Shown in pieces: positions 9,827 through 21,773 of a stretch of 64,000 nucleotides of DNA; the stretch's first letter is position 1; the number at the start of each line of letters is the position of its first letter. The notes under the pieces were generated by a model, which saw nothing but the letters and a program-made list of their open reading frames with translations, ran no database searches and was not told the DNA's origin. The stretch lies in assembly GCA_000999025.1 (NCBI GenBank), contig LCFM01000001.1, positions 1,198 through 65,197 of the forward strand, read 5' to 3'. Source of the stretch: Parcubacteria group bacterium GW2011_GWA2_43_13 (GTDB taxonomy: Bacteria > Patescibacteriota > Patescibacteriia > UBA9629 > GWA2-43-13). The translations under genes and the position numbers were made by a program.

Positions 9827-10831
9827 TTAAATAACAAAAATAATATTCCTGTATTTTTCCAAAACTCCCAAACACCACAACGGAGCGGAATCAGAAGTAA
9901 GCGCGTCAGGAATATCTTCAAACAAAGAACACTGTTCTATACAGCGTTTTATATAATACTGACTCTCGCCTTCATTGTCAACTCTTTTATCCATTCGCCA
10001 TACCAGCGCTGAAGTTACCGCTGTCAGATACGCTGTATTCTGATTGGTAATCATCATACGCCACCGTTTCTTTTTCCAAGCTGTATATCCATATAAAAAA
10101 CGAAGATGCAGAGCGTGTGGCGGATTGTACAATATCATCCAATCAAGAATAATTTGAGTAACTATGCGCCAATCATGCTCGTCATACGGGCAGACACCTT
10201 GCATTCTCCCCATCAAAAGACGTGAAAGCACCTGCTCTTCTTCAGGGGTAATGGATTGAAGCAGTGGAACCAATAAAGAGACACTTTGATAGGAAAAAAG
10301 GTCATGCCCCTGTCCTCTGCCTTCTTCATGTGCTATGAGTTGCGCGACACGCAACGCGGCGCGGGACAGCGCGACTCCATCATGCACAATCCCTGCCCGC
10401 GCGAGAGAACATAAACAGCTTTTTACCGCAGTAAGATGCGTCGGTGTATCGCCAAGAGAGTACGAAATAAACTGCCGAAGATCATCATCTCTTCCTTGAG
10501 ACACAACCACCTTTCCGCTTAATTTAAACCATCCAAGCCGAAGCAAAAACTCCGGCATGATATGAATTGACACTTCAATATCATTGGCCTGATACACTGA
10601 CTGTTTCCACTCTTTCAGCTGATCACGGGTACGCAGAACACGCGCCGTATCAAGCGCTTTATGCGAAACAATATATATATCGCAATCAGAAACGCCATGA
10701 AGCTGTTCATCCCTCCAAAAACTCCCCCCAAAGAAAATTGTTTCATTAGGAAGGATCTTGACAAGAGCGGTTAAAAAATGTTGCGAAAACGGCACCTCTG
10801 CCATATCGGATGTAGTGTAGGCAGTTTTCAA
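9827..10831 (-). CDS. Predicted nucleotidyltransferase-fold (Pol beta superfamily) protein
   Basis: FFGGSFWRDEQLHGVSDCDIYIV fits the hG[GS]...D.D minimal NTase signature; 334 aa, inserted between nusG and rplK. Confidence 0.45.
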   Translation of the reverse strand: MKTAYTTSDMAEVPFSQHFLTALVKILPNETIFFGGSFWRDEQLHGVSDCDIYIVSHKALDTARVLRTRDQLKEWKQSVYQANDIEVSIHIMPEFLLRLGWFKLSGKVVVSQGRDDDLRQFISYSLGDTPTHLTAVKSCLCSLARAGIVHDGVALSRAALRVAQLIAHEEGRGQGHDLFSYQSVSLLVPLLQSITPEEEQVLSRLLMGRMQGVCPYDEHDWRIVTQIILDWMILYNPPHALHLRFLYGYTAWKKKRWRMMITNQNTAYLTAVTSALVWRMDKRVDNEGESQYYIKRCIEQCSLFEDIPDALTSDSAPLWCLGVLEKYRNIIFVI

Positions 10832-10844
10832 AAAAATGCAATAA

Positions 10845-10883
10845 GAGACGCCCCTCCGCCAGACGGCGGAGGAGCGTCTCTAC
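10845..10883. repeat. Family A palindromic repeat (GAGACG...CGTCTC), variant copy
   Basis: GAGACGCCCCTCCGCCAGACGGCGGAGGAGCGTCTCTAC. Confidence 0.7.
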
Positions 10884-10906
10884 AAACAACACCGATACTC
10901 TCTTAT

Positions 10907-11452
10907 TTACACTTTTTTGATCTGCAAAAAGTCGAGCTCAACCGGGGTCTCACGTCCGAACATGGAAATAATAATCTTAATCTTTCCACGCGCGACATCA
11001 ACATCGCTCACTTTGCCTTCGAATTCTTTAAACGGTCCATCAATAATTTTAACCGTATCCCCTGTTTCTACATCAATATTATAGGTCGGATCTTCCACGC
11101 CCATACGGCGCTGAAGTTCTTCTATCTCTTTGTCATCTATCGGGGTAGGAATAACGCCGGTGCCGATAAATCCAGTAACATTAGGAGTATTGCGCACCAC
11201 ATACCATGAATCATCTGTTACAACCATGCTCACCAACACATATCCGGGAAAAATCTTCTCTCTCGTTGTCTTGCGTTTGCCGTTTTTAATTTTAATCTTC
11301 GTTTCCGTAGGAATCAGAATATCAAAAATCTTATCCTCCATGTCTAAGGATTCTATGCGTTGTCTCAAATTTCGGGAGACATTTTCTTCATACCCAGAAT
11401 AGGTATGAATAGCATACCATCGCTGGCCTAATCCTTCATTCTGTTTCGCCAT
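10907..11452 (-). CDS. nusG: Transcription antiterminator NusG
   Basis: QRWYAIHTYSGYEENV at the N-terminus and a C-terminal KOW region (GDTVKIIDGPFKEFEGKV). Start chosen at MAKQNEG. Confidence 0.85.
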   Translation of the reverse strand: MAKQNEGLGQRWYAIHTYSGYEENVSRNLRQRIESLDMEDKIFDILIPTETKIKIKNGKRKTTREKIFPGYVLVSMVVTDDSWYVVRNTPNVTGFIGTGVIPTPIDDKEIEELQRRMGVEDPTYNIDVETGDTVKIIDGPFKEFEGKVSDVDVARGKIKIIISMFGRETPVELDFLQIKKV

Positions 11453-11551
11453 AAAAAAAACGTATAAACATATGAGCTGAGGAACCAATTGACCTAAAAA
11501 ACGCAAACGATTGTACGTGTTCTTTGTTTTCTCGTTCTTCAATTCTTATGT

Positions 11552-11758
11552 TTATCTATTTAACACCCACAACAATCCTTGATTAAACGCGTAATCAAGT
11601 CCGCCTAAAAACGCGGCGATGGCAAGAGATACAATAATCACGCCAAGCGTATTTTTAATCAAATCATTGCGCGTTGGCCATGAAACCTTACGCAGTTCTT
11701 CTTTAGAATTGCGCACATATTCAATCAACGCGCCTACGATACCCTTATGTAAAGCCAT
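11552..11758 (-). CDS. secE: Preprotein translocase subunit SecE
   Basis: 68 aa with a single C-terminal TM helix; classic position upstream of nusG. Confidence 0.8.
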   Translation of the reverse strand: MALHKGIVGALIEYVRNSKEELRKVSWPTRNDLIKNTLGVIIVSLAIAAFLGGLDYAFNQGLLWVLNR

Positions 11759-11767
11759 ATTTTAAGT

Positions 11768-11795
11768 ATTTTAAAACCCCTCGTCTGGGGTTAGA
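11768..11795 (-). terminator. Rho-independent terminator after the 11855..14158 gene
   Basis: Minus strand reads AACCCCAGACGAGGGGUUUUAAAAU. Confidence 0.55.
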
Positions 11796-11854
11796 TATAC
11801 TGTACGCTTTCTGAATATTTCTGTCAACATATGAAAAACCGGTATGTTTTCCCC

Positions 11855-14158
11855 CTACTCCGCTCCTTGGTTAATAGTAAAATTACGGGTATTGACCACG
11901 CCTTTTGCACTGTTTGTTGGCGCGATGTTTATACTATACTCATTAGAAGCAGTCAGTCCGACAGGAATCACCCATGCGTATGAGCCGATATTTTCCGCGC
12001 TTGAAGATATGGTTTTTATTACTTTCCCTCCCTTATCCAGCCGCAAAAAAACCTTTGTCACGCTCGTGCCAACAAACCATGCCGGCCATGTTACAGTGAG
12101 CGTATCCCCGACAACAAAGACAGCAGTTTGAATAGGCGCAATAGAAATAGTACTGCCAGTCATTCGTATACTTGTGGAGACAGATCCGGTTTGAGTGCCA
12201 GATGCTTTCTTTTGAATCACCTCTATTACATAATCTCCTGTTGGCATATCAGAAGGGACATTCCATAAAAAACTCCCTTCAACGCCAATATCGTCGGCAA
12301 TAATTGTTTGCGTTTGAGGATACCAGCTTGATTTAAGAAGAATTTTTGCTTTATCCCCTGATCCGCCTTTCCACGATATCGCAACAGAACTGCCAGCCAC
12401 AATCTCACTACCGGAAACAGGCGCTGTTAGTTCTAATGCGCCTGATATAATGGCGGTGGATATTCGATGTGTATCTTTATATCCCTCATTTGCGGTTGAA
12501 CACAAATCATTACTACTTGAACATGACACAGTAACGTCAATAAAAAGAGTCCCTTCAGTATCTTTAGGCGCTGTAAGAGCAAGAGCATACAGGTTGGTGC
12601 TCTTTTGCCATACAGCCAAAACAGGACTGTTCTCTTTTGAGCCATACACTAATGTGGCATGAACCGCAATGCGAAGGGACGTGCCAAGTTGCGAAAGTTC
12701 AGGCGCCTGTGCCACTCGAACAAACAATGATATTTTTTCACCCTGCCTGTATTCGGGATTCAACCCGGTAATTTCCTCTATTGTTACCAACTGCCCCTGA
12801 AACAATACCTTTTTTCGGATCTCTACTTTTTCGCGACGGACGCATACATCACCATTGCATACGCGCAATGTATACATTCCGGCCTGTGCCTGTATCTGAA
12901 ACGCGTATTCCTGCCTCTCCTCTTTCCCGTCGCTTACTGGAACCGTTCCTATGGGCAGAATTTCATTTTTTGCAGACACAAACGAAAGCGTTGTCGCGCT
13001 TTCCTGAAGATTACGATACGTCCATGCTATCACTGCCGATCCTTCCTGATGCCATACATCAGTCGCATTCGGCCGTACGATTTCTATGAATGGTATTTTT
13101 TGCGGTTGAAACCCTTCTTGCAGTTTCGCAACTCGCGGCTTGGGTAATGCACCAGCATCAACTCCTCCGTCTGTAAAAGTTGCTAATAATGACTGCATAA
13201 CCGAAATGGCACGAGTTGTATCAATGCCTTTCTTTGTCAATTCCGTGAGCGTTCCTGAAAGTTTCTTTTTACTATATGTTGAACCAAATTTTTCTATTCT
13301 ATAATAATCATTCCCGCTTTTAATAAGGGTCCCTGCTGGGATAGCGGTATTTTCCGTCCAATCGGCGCCAATCTCATAATGGAATTTTTCCACCACATCA
13401 TCAGGAATCCAAATCACGCGCTTCCATTGCGGATCATTGTATATTTTTTGATACACTTCCGCGGAAATGATCGGACGAAGCTGGCCATTTTCAACAACAA
13501 ACACTGTTCGCCTATCCTTAGAGCCGACACTTTTTTCCGTGCCTCTAAACAGCGTACCGTCTGGGAATGCGAGAGGGTTTGTTGTTTCAAAATCAGATAA
13601 ACTGACGGGCTTAACAGCATTAAAATCCTTATATCCGTACGCGTAAAATACGCTTTCATGCGGCACCACGCTTAACCGCAAATCATCTGTAACATAATAC
13701 ACTGCTTGCGAATTCGACGATTTTACAAAATCCCCAATTGCAACTCGTTCCGTTGCTTTGGGAAGTATCTCAACCGATAGCAAAACAGTGCGCTGATCTG
13801 CGCCACTTTTCACAGAAAGAGTAAATGGTATTATTTGCGCTGTACTCGACGTATTATGCGCGATTCCATACAACTGGGTTCGTGCTCCCACATTAAACCC
13901 CGGCCCATTGCACCGAAGGCCAAGCATGTCTGAAATACTCATGTCTTTGGGGCACTGCACCGATAGAGTAACTGTATCCTGCGGAAGATATTGCTCAATC
14001 TGCCAACGAAGCGTAATGCGATCTCCAGAAATAACCTGCGGGCGATAGTCCTGTTTAAAGGATTGGATTGTCGCTGAATGAACATCTGACGCAAAAAGGG
14101 CTATCGTTACCGCGCCTGTTATACCAGCAGATACGATGATTGATCGTATGCACTTCAT
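11855..14158 (-). CDS. Large secreted protein with Ig-like beta-sandwich repeats, unknown function
   Basis: Signal peptide MKCIRSIIVSAGITGAVTIALFA, taken as the start at 14158; ORF is open to 14230. Ser/Thr/Val-rich beta-rich repeats follow. Confidence 0.55.
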   Translation of the reverse strand: MKCIRSIIVSAGITGAVTIALFASDVHSATIQSFKQDYRPQVISGDRITLRWQIEQYLPQDTVTLSVQCPKDMSISDMLGLRCNGPGFNVGARTQLYGIAHNTSSTAQIIPFTLSVKSGADQRTVLLSVEILPKATERVAIGDFVKSSNSQAVYYVTDDLRLSVVPHESVFYAYGYKDFNAVKPVSLSDFETTNPLAFPDGTLFRGTEKSVGSKDRRTVFVVENGQLRPIISAEVYQKIYNDPQWKRVIWIPDDVVEKFHYEIGADWTENTAIPAGTLIKSGNDYYRIEKFGSTYSKKKLSGTLTELTKKGIDTTRAISVMQSLLATFTDGGVDAGALPKPRVAKLQEGFQPQKIPFIEIVRPNATDVWHQEGSAVIAWTYRNLQESATTLSFVSAKNEILPIGTVPVSDGKEERQEYAFQIQAQAGMYTLRVCNGDVCVRREKVEIRKKVLFQGQLVTIEEITGLNPEYRQGEKISLFVRVAQAPELSQLGTSLRIAVHATLVYGSKENSPVLAVWQKSTNLYALALTAPKDTEGTLFIDVTVSCSSSNDLCSTANEGYKDTHRISTAIISGALELTAPVSGSEIVAGSSVAISWKGGSGDKAKILLKSSWYPQTQTIIADDIGVEGSFLWNVPSDMPTGDYVIEVIQKKASGTQTGSVSTSIRMTGSTISIAPIQTAVFVVGDTLTVTWPAWFVGTSVTKVFLRLDKGGKVIKTISSSAENIGSYAWVIPVGLTASNEYSINIAPTNSAKGVVNTRNFTINQGAE

Positions 14159-14298
14159 ATGTTGTTTTATATTTTTTTCACCTTCAGGAACAGTCCCCTT
14201 TTGCACGCGCCATTTTTTATTATCGAACAAGCGAGAGAAGTGGGAAAGCTACGCTTTCACATTTCCGAGCGAGTGAAGATAACACAGGGGTAATACCT

Positions 14299-16329
<2,031 letters not shown>

Positions 16330-16379
16330 CTAATAGTACTCTATTTTAGCACAACTGCGCTAAAAAAACAATACATTAC

Positions 16380-17351
16380 TTAATGAACAGCTGGAGTTGC
16401 AACCATAGTCGCTACAATATAGATAACATACATGGCAATGAGAAAAAAACCCTCCCATCTCACTAACCGCGATCCTGTTGTGAGAAAACCAATCCCAACA
16501 ATCGTCGCAAGAATTAACAAAGGAATATCACGAACAAAAAGCGTCTGTGATACTGAAATGGAATGAATCACGCTGACGACACCAATAATGAAAAGCGTAT
16601 TGAATATAACACCTCCAAAAACATTTCCAATGTTCACATCACTTGCGTGATGCGTGCTTGCTATGATAGAAGTAATCATTTCAGGCAGAACTGTCCCGGC
16701 TGATACAAGCGTCATTCCAATAATGAATGATGGTACCCCCCACCATGTTGCTAAAGTAACGCCTGAATCAACAATCAGCCACGCTCCGATAATCAAAGCA
16801 ACAACGCCAATACCAAGCTTCGCGAATGAACGCTCCAGGGAATGGGTCTCTCTATGTGCATTCAGCGCACGAAGACGATTCAGAATGTGCGGATGAATAT
16901 GCTCATTGCGAAGTTGAAGGGTAAGAAGGAAAAAAAACGCACCATAGGCAATCAATAACAGTATGCCGTCAAAACGATCAATCACACCGTCTATTCCAAG
17001 CACCCATACCAGAGCAATGGCCAATACAACAAATGGCGCTTCTCCAGTAAGGGTTGATTTATTGATTGATACCGGATTGATAAGCGCGGCTAACCCCAAC
17101 ACAACACACAGGTTTAAAAATCCAGCGCCAATAATATTGCCTAAACTTAAAGCAGTATCCCCTCCTATCGCGGAAAAAATTCCAACCCCCAATTCAGGCA
17201 ACGATGTTCCGATCGCAATAATCGTCAATCCAACCATCAGGCGAGGAAAGCCAAAAAAACGAGCCACTTTTGTTGACCCGTCAACTACAGAAGTCGCGCC
17301 CTTCCATACCGCAACAGCTCCAAGAGCAAGCAACAAAATGCGCAAAACCAT
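16380..17351 (-). CDS. Na+/Ca2+ exchanger (CaCA/YrbG-like) membrane protein
   Basis: Two alpha-repeat motifs: GTSLPELGVGIFSAIGGD and GNIIGAGFLN. Confidence 0.75.
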   Translation of the reverse strand: MVLRILLLALGAVAVWKGATSVVDGSTKVARFFGFPRLMVGLTIIAIGTSLPELGVGIFSAIGGDTALSLGNIIGAGFLNLCVVLGLAALINPVSINKSTLTGEAPFVVLAIALVWVLGIDGVIDRFDGILLLIAYGAFFFLLTLQLRNEHIHPHILNRLRALNAHRETHSLERSFAKLGIGVVALIIGAWLIVDSGVTLATWWGVPSFIIGMTLVSAGTVLPEMITSIIASTHHASDVNIGNVFGGVIFNTLFIIGVVSVIHSISVSQTLFVRDIPLLILATIVGIGFLTTGSRLVRWEGFFLIAMYVIYIVATMVATPAVH

Positions 17352-17363
17352 ATAAAAAAACGG

Positions 17364-17675
17364 TTACCGTTCTTTAGTTAATTTTAAATCAAACTCAACG
17401 CCTCCGATACAGCGTGCCCATATATTATATAATCCGGAAACAACAAACCCTGCCACAAACCCGAGAGCAATGGCAATTAACGGAAATACGGTCGTATTAA
17501 AAGCGACATGCACCCAATAGAGCGGATTATTCATTCCCCACCCTCCTCCGGATATCACTGCCCGAATACCATCAACAAAAATCGCGACCACGGACCAAGT
17601 AAAAAATCCGCTTCCGGCAAGCAACCCGATTATCATGGCACAAGATACAGGCGGTATGCGTTTTATTTCATACAT
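17364..17675 (-). CDS. Small membrane protein
   Basis: 103 aa, three hydrophobic segments. Confidence 0.4.
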   Translation of the reverse strand: MYEIKRIPPVSCAMIIGLLAGSGFFTWSVVAIFVDGIRAVISGGGWGMNNPLYWVHVAFNTTVFPLIAIALGFVAGFVVSGLYNIWARCIGGVEFDLKLTKER

Positions 17676-17760
17676 AGATATATAAGATACGAAACTCGAA
17701 ACATATTCAAACTTTAAAATTAAAAACTCTATTAAAAAGTTTAAATGCCGAAATTCGAAT

Positions 17761-20130
17761 TTACTCTATTGTTCCTTTATATTTTTTCACGATCATCGCA
17801 ATAATGGAAGATTCTATCGTTGCAACCGCCTCATGTGTCAGTGTCGCATCTTGCGAACGATACACAATACGCAGGGTCATAGTAATGATCCCCTCACTTT
17901 CAAACCGTGATATATAATCCACTTTCTCAATCAATGGACTCATCTTTTGAATGGCTATATGTAGTATAGCAAATTCAGGAGCATTGGTGAAGTACAAAGA
18001 AATATCACGGATAATGGCGGGATAGACCGGAGGAGAAATAAAACGCTTCTGCGACAATTCACTCTCCGCGCATATATCAAGATTAATCCATCCATACGCG
18101 AATGGAGACCCAAGTTTAAAAACAGGAAGAGAATGGTACGCTCCGACTTCGGCAACAACACGGCGAGCATACATAATCCGAGCGCGCTGATTTTCTTTAT
18201 CCGCAACCCAGTGCAAAGGAATCACTGCGATACGCGACAGTATATGTTCAACCGTTCCTTTCATCTCTTGAAACACTGTATCCAATAATGCTGTTTTGAA
18301 ACTTCTCACCCCTGCCCACTGGCGTATTTCATCAGGCAAATCTCGCTTTGCGCTCTTATGATACACTGAACCGCATTCAAACACAGCAATGTTGTCATGC
18401 TGTTTCAATGCGCGACTCAATGACTCTGCCAACTGCGGAATCAACGATGTTCGTAAATATTTTTGATCTTCGCTCAAAGGGTTCGCTATCTCTATATGTT
18501 GCGCTGTAATGCCACCACATGCGGTACTGTGCTCATCTCCATAAAACGCAAGATGGATAAGCTCATCATATCCCAACGCGACACTCTCTTTTCGCGCGCA
18601 ATTTCTGCGGACAAAAACAGGATCACATACAGGAACGCGAAGTTCGCCTCGAGGAAGTGTTGGTGTGAGACGATGAAATCCATACAAACGTCCCACCTCT
18701 TCAATGATATCTTCTTCCAAATAAAGATCATGCCGATACGAAGGCGGCACAACGCGAAATCCATTTGGCGCAGGGCTTACTGCACACCCATCTGATAACA
18801 GAATCCGCTCCACCTGCTCTAAAGGAATCGTTACCCCTAAAAGAGCATCAAGCCGATCATGAGGCAATAAAATAGCAGGGATTTTGGGCTTCGGATCGCT
18901 CACGCTCACCTGGCCTTTGAGTATTTCGCCGCCAGTCATTTCGGCAATCATACGGCTGGCGCGATCAAGCGCCTTGCTTGTGATATCCCAATCAATCCCT
19001 TTTTCAAACCGGGTAAGCGCTTCGGTTCGCATGCCCAAATACTGGCCTGCGCGCCGCACCGCAACCCCATCAAATTGAGCGCTTTCAATGACAATATCTC
19101 TGGTCTTTTCAGTAACTGACGATGCAATCCCTCCCATAACTCCTGCCACAGCAAGAGGCCCTTTGGAATCAGCAATCACTAATATATCATCAGATAATCC
19201 GTATTCCTGATCATCTAATAATGTAATTTTTTCCCCTTTGCGCGCTTTCCTGACTTCAATGCGATGCAGTCCGGACACGCGATTGATTGTTTTTAAATCA
19301 AAGGCGTGGAGTGGCTGGCCGTATGCCATCATCACATAATTCGTACAGTCCACAACAACATTAATAGGCCGTATTCCAACAGCACGCAATCGCGCCTCAA
19401 GCCAGGCGGGCGATTGACCGATGGCAACATTTCGCACAACACGCGCTCGATATTGCGGACACCACTTGGGAATTCTAACATCAACGCTCATTACATCGGA
19501 AACCATTGATTTCCCTTGCGATCCGATAAGCGATTCCTTATGGATCATCTGCTCAATCGCAGAGCTCAAAGCAGGATTATGAACAAGAGCGGCGATCTCT
19601 CTCGCCATACCGATATGGCTTAAACAATCAGCTCGGTTCGGGGTTATAGAACAATCAAACACAGTATCATCCAGGCCCAATGCGGACTGAAGCGAACTCC
19701 CCTTGTTTGCATCAGAAGGAAGAATATAAATACCTGCGTGGTCATCTCCTATTCCCAATTCTTTTGAAGAACACAGCATGCCTTGAGACAGTGTTCCTCG
19801 AATCGTTGATTCTTCAATCACACGGCCGTCCGAAAGCCGCGCTCCGTGAGGAGCAACTGGCACTTTTTGTCCAACCGCGATATTAGAAGCGCCACATACA
19901 ATGGTCAATGGTTTTATTTTCCCGACAGTCACTGTTGCCACACGCAGACGATCGGCATTCGGATGCGGTTCAATGGTTATAATTTCCCCTACAATAATAT
20001 CTTTTAACCCCTTACCAACATATTCAATGCTTTCAACTTCAATTCCGCCAAAGGTAAAATCACGCGCGATTTCTTCCGCGCTTTTGTCAGTATGAATATA
20101 ATCACGAAGCCAATTGAGAGAAACCTTCAT
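17761..20130 (-). CDS. pheT: Phenylalanyl-tRNA synthetase beta subunit
   Basis: MKVSLNWLRDYI is the canonical PheT start (20130). tRNA-binding, B3/B4 and B5 regions follow. Confidence 0.9.
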   Translation of the reverse strand: MKVSLNWLRDYIHTDKSAEEIARDFTFGGIEVESIEYVGKGLKDIIVGEIITIEPHPNADRLRVATVTVGKIKPLTIVCGASNIAVGQKVPVAPHGARLSDGRVIEESTIRGTLSQGMLCSSKELGIGDDHAGIYILPSDANKGSSLQSALGLDDTVFDCSITPNRADCLSHIGMAREIAALVHNPALSSAIEQMIHKESLIGSQGKSMVSDVMSVDVRIPKWCPQYRARVVRNVAIGQSPAWLEARLRAVGIRPINVVVDCTNYVMMAYGQPLHAFDLKTINRVSGLHRIEVRKARKGEKITLLDDQEYGLSDDILVIADSKGPLAVAGVMGGIASSVTEKTRDIVIESAQFDGVAVRRAGQYLGMRTEALTRFEKGIDWDITSKALDRASRMIAEMTGGEILKGQVSVSDPKPKIPAILLPHDRLDALLGVTIPLEQVERILLSDGCAVSPAPNGFRVVPPSYRHDLYLEEDIIEEVGRLYGFHRLTPTLPRGELRVPVCDPVFVRRNCARKESVALGYDELIHLAFYGDEHSTACGGITAQHIEIANPLSEDQKYLRTSLIPQLAESLSRALKQHDNIAVFECGSVYHKSAKRDLPDEIRQWAGVRSFKTALLDTVFQEMKGTVEHILSRIAVIPLHWVADKENQRARIMYARRVVAEVGAYHSLPVFKLGSPFAYGWINLDICAESELSQKRFISPPVYPAIIRDISLYFTNAPEFAILHIAIQKMSPLIEKVDYISRFESEGIITMTLRIVYRSQDATLTHEAVATIESSIIAMIVKKYKGTIE

Positions 20131-20162
20131 ACAAAGCAATCCTAATCCGCCATCTGGCGGAA

Positions 20163-20234
20163 CAAATCTCATCCGAATCTACTAATACAACGACTGGATT
20201 CGTAGATTCGGATGTCATTCGCAGATTGGGATTG
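20163..20234. repeat. Family C element: CCGAATCTAC...GTAGATTCGG palindrome plus ATTCGTAGATT direct repeats
   Basis: Near-identical to the 5951-6008 element. Lies between pheS and pheT. Confidence 0.65.
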
Positions 20235-20239
20235 CCTCC

Positions 20240-21292
20240 TTAAAATTGTCGCACAAACTCAACATCTCCAGAATATCCTAATCGAATATCAGGAATCCCG
20301 TACGCAAGCATCATCATACGATCAATCCCCATGCCAAAAGCAAATCCGGAATATTTCCGCGAATCAACTTTCATATTTTTTAACACCACAGGGTGTACCA
20401 TACCGGCGCCTAACATTTCCACCCATCCGGTACGCTTGCACACAGAACATCCTCCATCTCTCCTGCCCCCCCCTTGGTAAGGAGGTTGAGTACTCCCCCC
20501 GCACATCATACAACTGATATCAACCTCAAACCCGGGTTCAACAAAGGGGAAATAACTCGGCCTCAAACGTATGGTTGTATCTTTCCCATACAACCCTTTC
20601 ATGGCCGCAGAAAGGCACCCCATTAAATCCGTAACGCGAATGCCTTTGTCTATCACCAAACCCTCAAGCTGAAAAAAATTACTTCCATGAGTCGCATCAG
20701 TCGCCTCATGCCGAAAAACCCTTCCGGGAACAATAAGCCGAACAGGCGGGGTTCGATGTTCCATGGCTCGAATTTGCACTGGCGACGTATGAGTGCGCAA
20801 CACAACGCTTTCCTCTTCTTTCCCATGCCGAACATAAAACGTATCCCACATATCGCGGGCAGGATGATCTTTAGGGATATTCAATGCAGAAAAATTATAA
20901 TACCCAAGCTCTATTTCCGGCCCTTCAACAACATCAAATCCCATCCCTAAAAAAACAGAAATCACCTGATCCATCACTTGATATAATGGGTGCTCATGCC
21001 CGCGTTCAGGAATACGGCCAGGCAAGGACATATCAATTCGGGCGTTCGCTCCGCGCGCATCGTGTGTTTTAAACAATTGCATCAATTCTTGTTTTATCGC
21101 ATTGGCTATAGGGCCGATCTCTTTTTTTTCTTCCACAGATAGACCTGCCAATTGCTTCATAAGAAGGGCAACTTTCCCTTTTCTTCCCACATACAACGAC
21201 CGCCACGCTTCACGCGCGCGGTTATCAGTTTCTTTGATGTTCTTAAAAGTGTCAGTTGCTTCTTTTTGAAGAGATAAAAACGCGTCTTTCAT
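20240..21292 (-). CDS. pheS: Phenylalanyl-tRNA synthetase alpha subunit
   Basis: Class II motifs (FRHEATDATH; GFAFGMGIDRMMM). Carries an in-frame family B repeat insertion (..CGGSTQPPYQGGGRRDGGCSVC..). Confidence 0.9.
   Translation of the reverse strand: MKDAFLSLQKEATDTFKNIKETDNRAREAWRSLYVGRKGKVALLMKQLAGLSVEEKKEIGPIANAIKQELMQLFKTHDARGANARIDMSLPGRIPERGHEHPLYQVMDQVISVFLGMGFDVVEGPEIELGYYNFSALNIPKDHPARDMWDTFYVRHGKEEESVVLRTHTSPVQIRAMEHRTPPVRLIVPGRVFRHEATDATHGSNFFQLEGLVIDKGIRVTDLMGCLSAAMKGLYGKDTTIRLRPSYFPFVEPGFEVDISCMMCGGSTQPPYQGGGRRDGGCSVCKRTGWVEMLGAGMVHPVVLKNMKVDSRKYSGFAFGMGIDRMMMLAYGIPDIRLGYSGDVEFVRQF
20459..20501. repeat. Family B hairpin repeat inside pheS (in frame)
   Basis: CCCCCCCCTTGGTAAGGAGG matches the 31160 and 49755 copies (CCTTGGTAAGGAGG). 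Confidence 0.6.
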
Positions 21293-21338
21293 ATGTCCGT
21301 GTAAAGACGCATTGTTAATGCGTCTTTACTATTTATCA

Positions 21339-21722
21339 TCACGTCTTTCGTTGCGAACGATACAATAAAAGAAGTTCTATCATAGCGAACAAAAGGATAA
21401 AGAGCAAGATATTTGTCCACGGCAATAACCCGTGCGCCTGAAGGTACAAAGCAAAGTTAACAACCAACGCGTACCATATGGCATGGCGAAATGAAACTAC
21501 CACATCATGCTCATCCAGTGCGCCACGCGTACGGATTGCGTGGTACCCTAATCCGATCAGCGCAAATGTGCCTACTAATGCACATACCGATGTCGCATAA
21601 AATAATACAACACCAGTCATGCCAGATGTAAACGGATCTACAAACATCAAAACCCCACTCCATGCAATCCACATCAAGAGTGTTCCGATAAGTAAAGCAA
21701 CAGTATAGCGTTTGATAGACAT
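21339..21722 (-). CDS. Membrane protein of unknown function
   Basis: 127 aa, four predicted TM helices. Confidence 0.45.
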   Translation of the reverse strand: MSIKRYTVALLIGTLLMWIAWSGVLMFVDPFTSGMTGVVLFYATSVCALVGTFALIGLGYHAIRTRGALDEHDVVVSFRHAIWYALVVNFALYLQAHGLLPWTNILLFILLFAMIELLLLYRSQRKT

Positions 21723-21736
21723 ACATGACGATTATT

Positions 21737-21764
21737 GTAGAGACGGGGTTAACCCCGTCTCTAC
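21737..21764. repeat. Family A palindromic repeat, canonical copy
   Basis: GTAGAGACGGGGTTAACCCCGTCTCTAC, a perfect 12-4-12 palindrome. Confidence 0.85.
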
Positions 21765-21773
21765 AATAGTGTG

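Noticed and set aside
11759-11854. Looked for the tRNA-Trp that usually precedes secE, and for tRNAs in all intergenic gaps
   Set aside because: No cloverleaf-compatible sequence (no GGTTCGA-type T-arm, no acceptor stem) was found. Only a terminator hairpin is present.
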